From the NCBI GenBank assembly GCA_000934665.2, contig JYFJ02001710.1, positions 1 to 64,000 on the forward strand: a stretch of 64,000 nucleotides of DNA. The letters are read 5' to 3'. The notes below the pieces were generated by a model. The model made no database searches, had not been told where the DNA came from, and saw only the letters and a list, made by a program, of their open reading frames with translations. Source of the stretch: Catajapyx aquilonaris (Eukaryota). This document shows, piece by piece, positions 40,059 through 52,461 of the stretch. The position numbers and the translations under genes were made by a program. Each line of letters starts with the position of its first letter. The stretch's first letter is position 1.

Positions 40059-40665
40059 CCCTTAACTATAGTATCATTGGGTCTTTTTTGACCCGAAACT
40101 TACGAGAATTAACATTAGTTGGCCCGTAATTAGCCGTGTAGTAAGCATGCCCGTTAATTAGGTTAATCGAAAGACAAATGCTATTGTGTATTTCTCAAAT
40201 ATATCTTTGTCTATTTGTTAATTTCCTTCAAATTTTGGAGAAAAAAAATCAGGGCACTCAAAAAACATTATATTATATAACCAAGGTGCATATTTTGTAG
40301 GGTGCACACCTATACTTCTATCTGTAGGCTACAGTAATCCTGAAAATATTAATTGAAAATCATTTTATGTAGCCGTCATATGCTCATCATTTGAAACTTT
40401 CTACATAGTAAGCATATTTGGAAATACTGTTAGTGCTGTAGGTTGCTGCTGTGATATCTATAATTATACATGTTCAAGTACGGTATATTTGCGTAGTCTT
40501 CAGTGCTCAATCACATTTTCTATGAGTCTTTTTCATTATTTACACAATAAGATTTATGCGAGCTTATTTGACATCCATACAAAATTTAATGGCATGAATT
40601 GGAGATTTAATATAATTAAATTACCGCAAGGTGGCACAAAAGACCCCATGATACTACGAGTAGGT
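40059..40665. mobile_element. piggyBac-like non-autonomous element, degenerate
   Basis: TTAA followed by CCCTTAACTATAGTATCATTGGGTCTTTTTTGACC at the left; partial inverted match AAAAGACCCCATGATACTA at about 40637-40657. Confidence 0.5.
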
Positions 40666-41466
40666 ACGTTGCTCATGGGAACTATTGGTTTGGTGCGAAC
40701 CAAAATAAAAATAAATTGTAGTGGTTTAGTGGAGATAAATAAGTGGAATAAGAACGTGATAACCTGGAGTTCTGACTCACCCTGTATTTTAAAAACAGTG
40801 CTTTAAATATTGATGCGGTAAACTATTAGTATTACAATTTCTGTAATTGGTTGTGTAAGAAGTAACTTTAATAATTTCCTTAAATTCTATTGCATGATAT
40901 TTGATTAGGTCAGAAGTCAATTGTCCCATAAGTGAGGAAGTGCGACTGATTATTGTTAAATGTTACATACAAGTACAATGCACAGCCTACATACAATAAT
41001 TAGTCAATGAATTGATCTCATTAAGAAGTCTCTATACACTCAGCGATGATCCGGTAAGCGCACCTGGCCATCTCATTAATTTTGAATCAGTGAAATGTTA
41101 CAAGTAAACTTAACACTCTAGGCTAGGGCTAGACTACTAGAAATTAGCTAAATAATAATAATTTTTGCAATTAGCGTTCCTTTCTAGTCGGACCACCCCG
41201 TATAAATGGCCAAATTCTTGGCAATCGTTGCAGTAAGAAAAAAGTAAAGCCGTCATGCTTCTTTGCACTATTATGATCGAATTATTGCGCCGTCATTTGG
41301 AAACTCGTCGGCGCCAACCAGATCCACCGAGTGTTTCGCCATGTTGGTACACATTGTTCACTATCATTTTGCTATAAAACCCCAAGCATCACCACCTCTC
41401 AATATCAGTTCTCGCACAACTACTACTACTCACACATCAGCTGAGGAAACCCATCAAACAATCGCC

Positions 41467-41874
41467 ATGGACCTCAAGGTAAGAAATAATAGTTATCAGC
41501 CCAATGAGGGTTTGTAGCAGTGTACGTACTTCTGAAATTAAATAATGTTGCACTATGATTTGATATTACTATTTTAGATTGCTTTGCTACTGATATCTTG
41601 CGTCGTCGCCTTGGCAAGTGCTGGTGGTCACACCAACTACAAGTACGGGTTTTCCACAAAGGGCAAGTACGGGGCAGCCCAGGTGGAGGCTGGTGCAGAT
41701 GACCACAAGTGGGGTTTCACAGTCAACAACCACCACAAGGATGGGGTCAGCTACATCAAGCAGAGTGGGGACAACACTCACCACGGAGGATTCGGAGGTG
41801 GGGCTGGAGGGGCTGGAGGAGCTGGAGGCATAGGTGGGGGATTAGGTTTTGGAGGAGGATTCGGAGGATTTTAG
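41467..41874 (+). CDS. Secreted Gly/His-rich peptide, copy 11 (exons 41467-41478, 41578-41874)
   Basis: MDLK exon; IALLLISCVVALASA-GGHTNYK...; TATA at 41373. Confidence 0.9.
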
Positions 41875-41988
41875 ACATTACAGGGCATTTATGTGGCGTT
41901 AAAGTTTTACTTTATGTAAAATACTTTATGTGCAATAAAAAACTTATGCGTAGAAACAACTATAAAATTTCGACCACCTGACACCATG

Positions 41989-43411
41989 CTACCCTTGCGG
42001 CATTTCGCAGATGACGCTGAACTGATGCTCGCATCGATCATCATTCCACTGAAAGTCCAACTTCCCGTACAATTCCAAGCAGTGTTCCTGTTTCCCTGAA
42101 TTGCTGGGTTCTCTGGATGCCCAACCCGACCACTGGATGGGCCGTGATGGTTTCAGCCAGTACCAGGACCCTTCCTGCCCACGGTCGCTACCCCCGATGA
42201 AGCTCCGGGGTTGAACTTTGGCTGGAATGTATGTCATATCAGTTACAATGTCGATTGTTGCGTTGGATCATCCTTACATGCTCGAAGATAATCCCTGATC
42301 AGAGTATTTTCTTCCGGGGTTTCCACTATGAGTAGGTGTCCTCCGAGTGACCTGCAGTAGGATAATCCGTCGTGCCAAGACATTCTAGACTCACCAGAGA
42401 AATGGTAGCATCCTCCTCCCATGATGATAAAAGGATACTGGCATTTTTTATCAGCTCTTCTCGACACTATTTCCGGAATTGCTAAATGCGGATGGAAATG
42501 ATGACTGTACTTCTTTTATTAAATTGATTTCATTTGACAATACTCACCCTTGATATGTTCATCAATATAATCCTTTTTGACACACTCTCTAGAAATCAAA
42601 TCAAGTCGATCAGCAAGAGCTGCAGCAGCTTGCTTAGACGATGACACCATGGAATCGGCAGATATTCTTATCGCCTCCATTATTACATCAGCGGAATTCT
42701 ATTGGAAACATTAGAAGTGCTGTAGTTTTGTTGTTCACATAGTCGTTGATCACATATTACCTTGACATAATTTAGGTCAGTTGCCAATGATGTCAAGACT
42801 TCACTGGTACGTTTCTGCTCATCCGCACAACTTGATATTGCCCTGGAAGTTGTAAGCATGTTGCAAAAGCAAGTCGTCTATATCAATCGATGACAATGTG
42901 TGGTCACACCTGTTGACAGACGATTCCGTGATTTTCCTGAAAGCTTCGCCGCACTTGGACACTTCTCTGGCTGGTGACAAGTTCTGCTCGACTTTTTCGA
43001 CGTGACTGTTGGCAATGCCATCCAGACACACCAAGTGACCACGTATCTTCATGATGTCATTCTCCTTCAACTCCTTTAACGCGTCTTTCAGCTCATTTAA
43101 CTGATCTCTCGTGTCCTCTTTGATGTTCTTTGCTGTAACATATAATGAAATCGAAATGATACTTGAGCAGTTGTAATTACACGCACATTTGAGTACTCAC
43201 TTGCTTGAATCAGACCGTTTTCTACTGCTTGTTGCACAACCGGTTCTACAGCTTGGACCACAGCGTTGATGATCCTTGCCAGCTCTTCATCGCCAACAAC
43301 GTTCGTCGTCGACCCCCCTAGATTTCTGGCTACATTATTGTCTCTCAAAAAATGTCCACTTACACCACTGTAAATCAGAATAGTAAGCAAGAGGCCTCCT
43401 AGGAACCCCAT
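41989..43411 (-). CDS. Secreted C-type lectin with long helical N-terminal region, 6 exons
   Basis: Signal peptide, helical/coiled-coil-like exons, then a CTLD: CQYPF..GGGCYHF, WHDG..YC..LGGHL, FIGGSD, EGSWYW, EPSN, EHC, WNDDRC, ICE. Splice phases are consistent. Confidence 0.9.
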
Positions 43412-43980
43412 CTCGGGCCGTTGCGATAAAGCCCACTGCTGCTATAATTATATGTAGCCACCAGATATATGTGACCGCAACCCTGCAGTCGCATATCAAG
43501 GGTTATCCAATAGCCTCATAATAGGGTCAAACATGCAACAGCAACGTTCATCTGATGCATATTCAGCAACTTACAAAAATATATACACGAAATTCCCATT
43601 TCAACTGTGCACTGCCATAATAAGTACCGGTACGTAACAATGTAAATATGTACAGTACAAATACACAACATTTGTTCCGCATTGTATAGCATCAATGCAA
43701 TCTAGTTTCTGCAAAGCTTTGAGAAACGAATTTTAAGTTAAAGTGTTCATACGTTACAGAGAAAGCAGTAGGTGCAATCAGTGAAATTGTGCAGCAAAAG
43801 TAAAAGCTGTTCAGTTGGTTGGGTTCAGAAACACACCATTGCCCACCATGATTTTGGAATCATTTACTGCCATTTCCTCACATTTTTTTCAGAACAATAT
43901 AAAAACCCAGAATCGTACAGGTAGAGTATCAGTCATCACCCAACAAGCACCTCAACATCAGCTCACCAAACAACATCGCC

Positions 43981-44271
43981 ATGGACCTTAAGGTAACTGC
44001 AATTTTGATCATAGGCTGATATGTTCTAACATTTTTCTCTCAGGTTATGCTGCTTCTTCTTTGCATCATGGTTGCCTTCACCCATGCTGGTCACACCCAG
44101 CACAAGTACGGGTTTTCCATCAAGGGCAAGTACGGGTCATCCCATGTGGAGGCCGGTGCAGACCACCACAAGTACGGCTACTCAGTCAGCAACCACCACA
44201 AGGACGGTGTCAGCTACATCAAGCTCAGCGGTGACAACACACACCACGGAGGATTCGGAGGCGGCTTCTAA
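43981..44271 (+). CDS. Secreted Gly/His-rich peptide, copy 12, most divergent and shortest (exons 43981-43992, 44044-44271)
   Basis: MDLK exon; VMLLLLCIMVAFTHA-GHTQHKYGFS...; tail only GGFGGGF; TATA at 43898. Confidence 0.88.
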
Positions 44272-44414
44272 CATGTCCGAACCTGAATAAAAACAGTGAT
44301 GTCCAATCACGTCTATTTTACTTCCGCGCGCATTATATTTGAAAAGTAGCGGCTACATGTAGCCGCTACCTGTGGCCGCTACTTTCGGCCATAATCAGCT
44401 GATGGGGGTCAACA

Positions 44415-46249
44415 ATGTTGAGGACCCTCTTGGACTTGTGGAGACTTTTGCTGGACGGGATCTACTGGATGCTGAGAGGAGGACGGGCCATGCCGCTTGG
44501 AGGGATGGATGGTCTGAGGGTGTATGTGAAGACAGTGGGTGGTCAGGTGATCCCGGTGGATCTGGGGATGGACTGGGACATTGGGAGGGTGAAGGAGGTG
44601 GTGGCAGGGAAGGTGGGACAGGGGAAGGGGGACATCAAGATCATCCTGGCTGGGAAAGAGCTGCAGGACTCCGTAGTCATTCAGGTCAGGTCAGGTTGGA
44701 TGTTGGGTACCAGGGGGTACATTGCGATGCATTTGCAGCAGTGCGATTTGGGCCAGCACAGCGTACTGCATGCGGTGCTGGTGGTGGGGAGGCCGGAGGT
44801 GCCAGCGGATGACATGGCCAGTGCGGAGCCGTTGTGCGAGTCGCTCTTGGATCTGCAGCTGACTGAGGAGGAAAGGCGGTTTATCGAACAAGGAGGTGGG
44901 TACACCCGTATGTCAACATGCCAACTATATTAATAAATGTCGCATTTCAGACACCGAGCGACGCAAAGCCCAATTTTATGTGTACTGCAACACTTGCCGT
45001 CGTATGCAGACTGGGAAGTTGCGGGTTTGCTGCGACCAGTGCAGGTCAGGTGCCTTTACCGTGTCACGTGATCCTGCCTGCTGGGAAGATGTCCTGACTC
45101 CAGGACGTGTCGCTGGCCGCTGCGAGACACCGGATTGTTCAGGAAGTGCCAACTTTTATTTCAAGTGCACCGTGCACATATCTGAGGGTGAGCAGGACCG
45201 CTCCGTTGCACTGGACTTAGTGCGCTCAAATGTACATGACGTCCCGTGCTTGTCATGTGCCGACGTGTCCGATCTAGTGATGGTGTTCCAGTGCGAGTCA
45301 GCTCATGCGATGTGCCTTGAATGCTTCCAGACATATTGCACCGTGAGACTGAATGAGCGTGGATTTGTGCAGGATAGGCAGTGCGGCTACACCCTTCCAT
45401 GTGCAGCTGGTTGTACAGACTCGCTCATAAAGGAGACCCACCATTTCCGCCTGATAGGAGACCATTTGTATGAGAGGTACCAACGATTTGGTGCGGAAGA
45501 GTGTGTTCTCCAGGAAGGAGGAGTGCTGTGTCCCCAGCCAGGCTGCGGGATGGGGCTGTTGCCTGATCCAGAGTGCAGGAGGATTGTGTGCGAGAGCGGA
45601 TGTGGGGTTAGTATCATGCATTGGTGCATGGTATGTGCCTAACACATACAGTGTCTGTTAACACCCCCTGGTATCTGGTCGATTTTATCCATGGACTTCC
45701 CTGTTAACCCTCGTGTTAAATGCCTCACAATTTCAGTGTTTGCACATGTCACTGTCGAGCTGTTGTGATATTGGTTTTTTGTTGCCTTATCTGATATATT
45801 GGATGCCATAAATACTACTGCTTGATGTTCGCTATTTTTGTTCCACAACCTAATTAGGATAATCTTCAGGCAAGAGTATTAGCTCATATTTTGTCAGCTG
45901 GTTTGATGATAATTATTGTTATTTCCAGTTTGTGTTCTGCCGCAACTGCCTCCAAGGGTACCATCTGGGGGACTGCATTGCAGCAGAGGACGCAAATGGA
46001 AATGCATCAGGCACTTCCAGAAACTACTCCATAAATCCAGACCGTGCAGCTCAGGCCAGCTGGGAAGAAGCAACTCGTGTTGCTATTCGGATCACAACGA
46101 AGCCGTGCCCAAAATGCCGTACACCCACAGAACGCGATGGAGGCTGCATGCACATGGTGTGCACCAGGTCGCAGTGTGGCTTTCACTGGTGTTGGATTTG
46201 CCAGACTGAGTGGTCCAGGGAATGTATGGGAAACCACTGGTTTGGCTGA
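44415..46249 (+). CDS. park: E3 ubiquitin ligase parkin (about 4 exons)
   Basis: Ubl (KIILAGKEL...CDLGQHSVLH), RING0 (FYVYC..C...GKLRV.C..C, P.CWEDVL, FYFKC), RING1 (HHFRL), IBR (GGVLCPQPGCGMGL), RING2 (KPCPKCRTPTERDGGCMHM.C...WCW.C..EW..ECMGNHWFG). Confidence 0.97.
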
Positions 46250-46626
46250 TTACATTCTTAGTCGCTACCATGCATTGCGTGAAACATGCTTTGGCATCTA
46301 TTAACTGAATCAGTTGTCATGTATATATCAAAGAGAGTTCCAGTGTGCTATATGAATAATAAAATGTGCAAAATGCATATCATATGAACAGTTTTTATCC
46401 TGACACTCAAAATCTCCCAAGGGATCAGGAAATTTTTTATATCAGCCAGATGAAGGTGGGCTCCGTCACTAGAATCTAAATGTGTTCAGTTTGCAAAAGG
46501 ATAGGTTCACGCTAATCTCTTGATCGCATTTCAACCAGGAAGCTCGAGATCCACTCCAAAATTTCCAATAACTGGTTAAGTGCTCTTACTTCAAATCATT
46601 TTTACAGTGAGGCTGAACGCATCCTG

Positions 46627-49600
46627 ATGGATCTCGTAATGAAGGAGCATTTTGTACTGTTTCTTATTTGCAGCACTACTGGTAAGACTGGCATTTTCAT
46701 AAATACTTGCTAAGATAATAATATCGGCACAAATTTGTTGTTCAACCTAGCACTTGTTGATGGTAGACCAACTTCTGGTTGGAAATGCAATATCATAAAG
46801 CGCCATATGCCTAGCCTGGAGATATCTGTCCCTAGCGGCAGTGTGGATTATTCCATAGCGATAGGAAAGGCTGATTCCATATGCATTATTGGTATGATCA
46901 CTTTTACAACAAATATTAGTGACATACTACAGTAATGTGTGGTATCAATGTGGCTTTCTTTCACAGGTGATAATTTCAGGAAATTAGAGCCGCTTTATTG
47001 TGATCCCAGTTGGCACCAAGATGAAATGGTGGATTTGACTCATTTCATGCGATGGCAGTAAGTATGTGCATGAGTCAGTGCATACTCCTACTGACACACT
47101 TCCCGCATTTCAGTTGTCAAGGTTTACGGAAATGCAGTCTTGATCCGAACTTGCTGGATTTTAAATTACCTACATTGTGCAAAAATAACAATGGCACTTG
47201 GATGATTCGCGTTATATATCGCTTTGATGTTGTTGATGACTGCCAGAATATCAACTGGCGTTTTTCAAAGACTACCAGAACCTGCGTCATACCACTGCCA
47301 GATATGAATTTTACAGAGACACCTCAGTGCATTGCCAAGTATGGTAATTCAGTCCAATGGATACATGATGACAATCTGATACACAGGATGTTGGGTCTTA
47401 CAAATGTGTCCAGCTTGATTGCAAATGTGTCGCTGTGGACATTGAAACATGATCTTCAACCACCAATGACTGGGCAAGATTTACGTGATTTGTGCGCAAC
47501 CATCGACTTTCCTTCTTGTAAGGATCACATGCCGAGATGGAACATACAGGGCTCATATTTATGTTGCTTCAAGAATGAGCCTACTGAAAAAGTGCCAATG
47601 TGCATGTCTTACCCTAATTGCAAGGTCTTGATTTCTACCCTGAAGGATCCAAATGCCATGGTCAGCAAGACAAGAAGAGGTGGATGCAACACTTGCTTGA
47701 TTTTATGTCCATAACATAAGCAATGCTCTTAAAATTCTTCTCTTCAGTTCCAGTGAAGTGCCCTAGCATTATGAAATTCGGACTTCAATGGCCAGTTACT
47801 GATCACAACAAAACTCAATCCCAACCTTGTCCGAACCTCCACAATAGAAATGCTACGTGGTACTGTTCAGCTGACGGCAAATGGATACAAAATCCAGACA
47901 TGAGGTATGGCACAGCTCACAAAAATGAATGCAAATATTGCCTGTCGCTTACCCTCATGTAATGTGATTTTACAGTAACTGCAGCAACTTTGACGAGTTT
48001 TGGAATGGATTTTTGAATAATTTCAATGAATCCAATCTTGTTGGGCTACTAAACACTCTTGTGAATAACATTATCCAATCTGGTCTGAGCTTTGAAGCAG
48101 GTGACGTAATAAGAGGTGTCAAAATACTACAAAATATTACATTATGCAACCCTAATGCCACCAAGACTCTGCGCCAAAATGATATTGACAATTTTATACA
48201 AGCGCTGATATACTTGATTGATGAAATTGTTCAAGTACCTTCTGCCTGGTGGACCCTTCCTAATTTATCGGCTACTGCTTCCACCCTATTTACTCTAATT
48301 GACTGCATTGGGCTCAGAGCTGCTTCATTAAATGTGTCGGACAACTTCATGGCAGATAATATAGGTAAGTGATCAACGAACTCTCTCAGCTTGCAAAATT
48401 GAGCACATGGTTATTAAATCACGATTACTCCCAACAGTGATAACTACAGAAGCATTTCCAATTGAGAAGGTCAGAAACTTAAGCATCCATCATGTGTATG
48501 GTCAGTCGAATGGATCTTACATTCAGCTTCCAAACTTAACGGAAGAAGTAACACTGGGAGAAGTCCTTCAGGTTACTCACGTTACATATGAAACGATGCA
48601 CATGATCTTGGACGAAAACTATTCTGCCATGTAAGGGAGATAAATGTGGCTTAAATTCCGCATCATCTAATGTATTTTGCTTCTTATCAGAAACAGCAGT
48701 GAAGATGTTGAGCACATGGTGCAAATTGTGAACAGCAGGATTGTTGGCACCAGCTTGGGATGTGTAAACCGCAGCACCTTCAGATTTTCTTACGGAAATG
48801 TCAGAATCATGCTCAGCCATTTGCTCGATACTGATGAGGTGTACAACTTGTCCAACCCGACATGTGTGTTCTGGGATTTGATGTCTGGGGAATGGAACCC
48901 CAATGGATGCTGGCTTATTGAATCCACAAACTCTTACACCATTTGTGGATCTGACCGCTTGGAATATATGGCCGTTCTGTTCGAGTATGCTGGAATGATG
49001 CATCCCAAAATAGAGGTACAGCATTACCCAATGTTACCAGTCAACTCAATTTATATTACGAGATGACCCTGCGATTAATGACATCTACTTGCAGCTGGTA
49101 ATTACACATGTGACTTCTTTCGGCTGCTGCATTTCTCTTGTGTGCATCTTGCTATCACTCATAATATTTATGACCCTGCGAAGGCTAGACAGCATAAGGG
49201 TCTTTGTTCACTGGAACTTGTGCTTCTCCATGATGCTTGCTGAAGTATCCCTGCTGGTTGGACTGGGTCTAACTGAACATCCATACATATGTAAACTGGC
49301 TGCAATGGCAATCCATTACACCTCACTGTCTTCTTTCCTTTGGTTGATGATCGAAGGTCATCAAGTATACGTCAACATTGTTCTGGTAAGTCCATGGCCA
49401 TTAGACGGAACCTCATTACGTCCTTACTGTAACTGTGGATATCATAACCGAATTATGGTATGCAAAAACCCAAATAATTTACTACCAAATGCAACATGTC
49501 TGCAGGAAACTGAAACATACAGGTACCCTCCAGGACGGTTGATCACAGCTATTTTTGGGTACGGAGCACCAGCACTGATAGTGTTCCTGTGTTCATACCT

Positions 49601-50391
49601 GCACTGGGATGGTTATGGTACACCACACTTGTAAGTACCAGATGCAATTTATGACAATTTATTTGTATTCCTCCATGGTATATGATATTTCCAGCTGCTG
49701 GCTTCGCAAGGGAACGGGATTTATTTGGGCATTCGTGGCACCTTCTGCATTTTCAATTCTGGTAAGTACACACTTATTAAAATGGCATTTTGTTTTAAAT
49801 TAAATGACAAGGCTTACAGTTTCCACTTATAAAAAGAGTGATATCAAAGGAGTTACATTTGAGGTGTCCTTTTTGCACTGTAGGTCACTATCGGCTTCTT
49901 ATTATTGGCACTTATCAAGTCCCGCCGAGTAGTCACTCCTATACCCACAGCGGACAAGGTTGATGTCAAGCCCCGAATGTGGATACTAGGAACAGCTTCT
50001 GTTGCTCTAGCTCTAGGTTTGACTTGGGAAGTGGGATTTATATACCTTCACCAAGGTTAGTGGAGTCTTTCTGCATTGCACAGCTGCACCAGCTTGTGAG
50101 TTACTGTATTATGAAAATTCATAAATTTGTGTTTCAGGGTTGGAAATGCTGTATGATATGCTGGAGTTGGCTTTTGCTGCCTGCAACTGTCTGCAAGGGG
50201 CAGCTTTGTTTCTGTTTCACTGCATGCTAAATGTGAAATTACGAGACCAACTTTTCATGAAGATGGAAGAAAACAATCCACCTAATAATGTGAAGGGTGG
50301 CAAAAAATCTGAGCCTGCCCGAGCAGTGGGTGCTCAAAACAAGAATGCTGCCAATGCCAATAATAAAAAGTTATTAAAAATATGGTCCTAA
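46627..50391 (+). CDS. Latrophilin/Cirl-like adhesion GPCR 1 (multi-exon; degenerate GPS)
   Basis: Signal exon, lectin-like Cys region, HRM-like (WPVT...QPCP...WYC..DGKW), GAIN/GPS (CVFWD...W...GC), 7TM (HWNLC, WLMIEG, CWL, WAFVAP, NCLQG..LFHC). The start codon is less certain. Confidence 0.82.
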
Positions 50392-50622
50392 TGACAGCAA
50401 GATTCACACGTAATAGGATACAGTAGTTTTAGTTGATAGAAAGTAGGTTACTGGTATCTTCCAGCTAGATGTATCACTAAAATGAATAAAAAAGAGTGCA
50501 TCGTCCTACCAGATTTTTATTCCATGAACAGTACACTGCGAAAGTGGCAGTGAATCCTTTGCATGTTCTGTACAGTTGGGGAAAACCACGTAATGTAACT
50601 ACTCACTTGCTGGATTAATTAT

Positions 50623-52038
50623 CTATTCGACTGCCTTCACGAGAGCCTCGGCCACTTCGACTGCAATCGCGGCTTCTGCTTTGGCCTCGTCTGTTGAGGC
50701 TGACGATAGTTCTGACTGCGCCTTGGACAGGGCTTCCCGGCATGCTGAAGAATCCAGCTGTTCCACAGTGACAGCCTCTTCTGCCAGGATTTGAACTGAA
50801 ATATGAATCAAGTTGGTGACACAAATAGACCAAAAAATTATATTAGCCCTTGGCGACACTGTCGCCGGAGCGTTCATGTATCCACGACGCGGTGCCCCCA
50901 GCGACGGAGTTCCAGTCCAGCAACCGTTTTGGTGCCCGTCGCCAGGATCTGCTAGATCCAGATACCTGCGACGTCAGACACACGGTCGCCGGCGACAAAA
51001 GTCATGTGTAGGTCACGTGTAGGCCATTTTGGCCAATAGAACTCATGTAGTGGGCTCATGTAGTTGCCAGGCCTTGCATGGGTCGGCTTGGGCTCAGTCT
51101 GCAGTTGGGTCATTGGACCGCCATCTTTGATAATGGCTCCATTAAAAACTTAAATTATTTTACAATTATTACAAACGTCCATGGAGTTGGCCACTGACCA
51201 TATCAGATGGCCGGTTGCAAATTTGTTTCGGAAATATGCCTTCCAAGCTTGTACTTCGAGGGATAAGGCCAGCGGAGCCGCCATGTTTCTTTTCGGGCAT
51301 GAGATCGTGGCGACGGCTTAGGTGAATGCTGTCACAACACCGTGCCTGAAACAGCGCTGCGACCGGGCCCCCAGCAGCTGGGCGACCCCATGCCCGCGAC
51401 GTCGACCAGCAATGTGAATGCACCTTAATGCTTTTCTGTAATGCTTTTCTGCTCAAATTTGCCTGCATGCCCCCTGATCCGATTTTAAAGACGTATCCAT
51501 GTCAAAAGCCTGCTGTAACAAATGGCATGATGGTTCAATCATGGAATCCATGCGGAATATAATGTACTAATTACACCAAAATTACAAGCGCCTTTTCATG
51601 CCTCACGGTCTTATTTTCTTCAGACTAAATAATAAAATCTTCCTTTTGCTGCAATAAGTGTATCGCACCTGAAGAATCATCATTGATGGTGATGGACCCA
51701 CTCGAGACGAAAAATTTCTTTGCTGCGCCATCGTCTTCAAACACGGTGACGATGCCAGGCTTCAAAACGGCTAGTGACGGTACGTGATTAGGCAGGATAC
51801 CAAAACTGCCGCTGAAGCTGGGGACATCCACTTGGCGCACACTCGCATTGTTGTAGTGTACCTGAAATACGCATTGCAGGGAGTCAAGGAGCCAAACAAT
51901 GGTGACGGCAATACTCACATGTGAAGGGGAGGCGAAGGTGAAGGCCATGGGTGTCCCTTCAGCAGCGTAACCCCTGACCTGAGAGAGGAGGCCCGGCTGG
52001 TGGCGGAGCAGTCTCATCGTCGACCTGAGCAGAGCCAT
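50623..52038 (-). CDS. ATP5F1D: Mitochondrial ATP synthase F1 subunit delta (exons about 51921-52038, 51669-51861, 50623-50798)
   Basis: Transit peptide, FTFASP, VRQVDVPSFSGSFGILPNHVPSLAVLKPG, FFVSSGSITINDDSS, VQILAEEA, AEAAIAVEVAEALVKA. Confidence 0.97.
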
Positions 52039-52461
52039 GGCTGTGAGGGGAAACTCTAGTTAGACCAGGAGTCGAAGGGCCGGTTTCATAACACCTCGAA
52101 CCTGAAACCGATTCGATGAGAAGGAGCGACGAAGAGGAACAGGCCTGATTGGTTCCAGAAACAGCCGGAAGGGACGGGGGGCGCTGACTGTCTCACACAC
52201 TTGTATTCTAATGTCATTTAAACACTGGCTGATTATTTAATTATATCACGTTTAAATTAATAAAATAGATCATATCAATCTGATATTAATGATAGTTGAT
52301 AGCAGCGCCCCACTGCGGCTTCATACTGAAGTACAGGGATACGACACTAGATGGCCAAATGGAATGGGATTGCATGTAAGGCATGTTACTATTGTTACAA
52401 ACTTGTACTTTATTCACACTTAAACTACTTTACAATGTACCGTATAAGTTACTATGCTAGT

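Noticed and set aside
44415..52038. Functional mitochondrial cluster of parkin and ATP synthase delta
   Set aside because: Only two genes, separated by an unrelated GPCR; no evidence beyond proximity.
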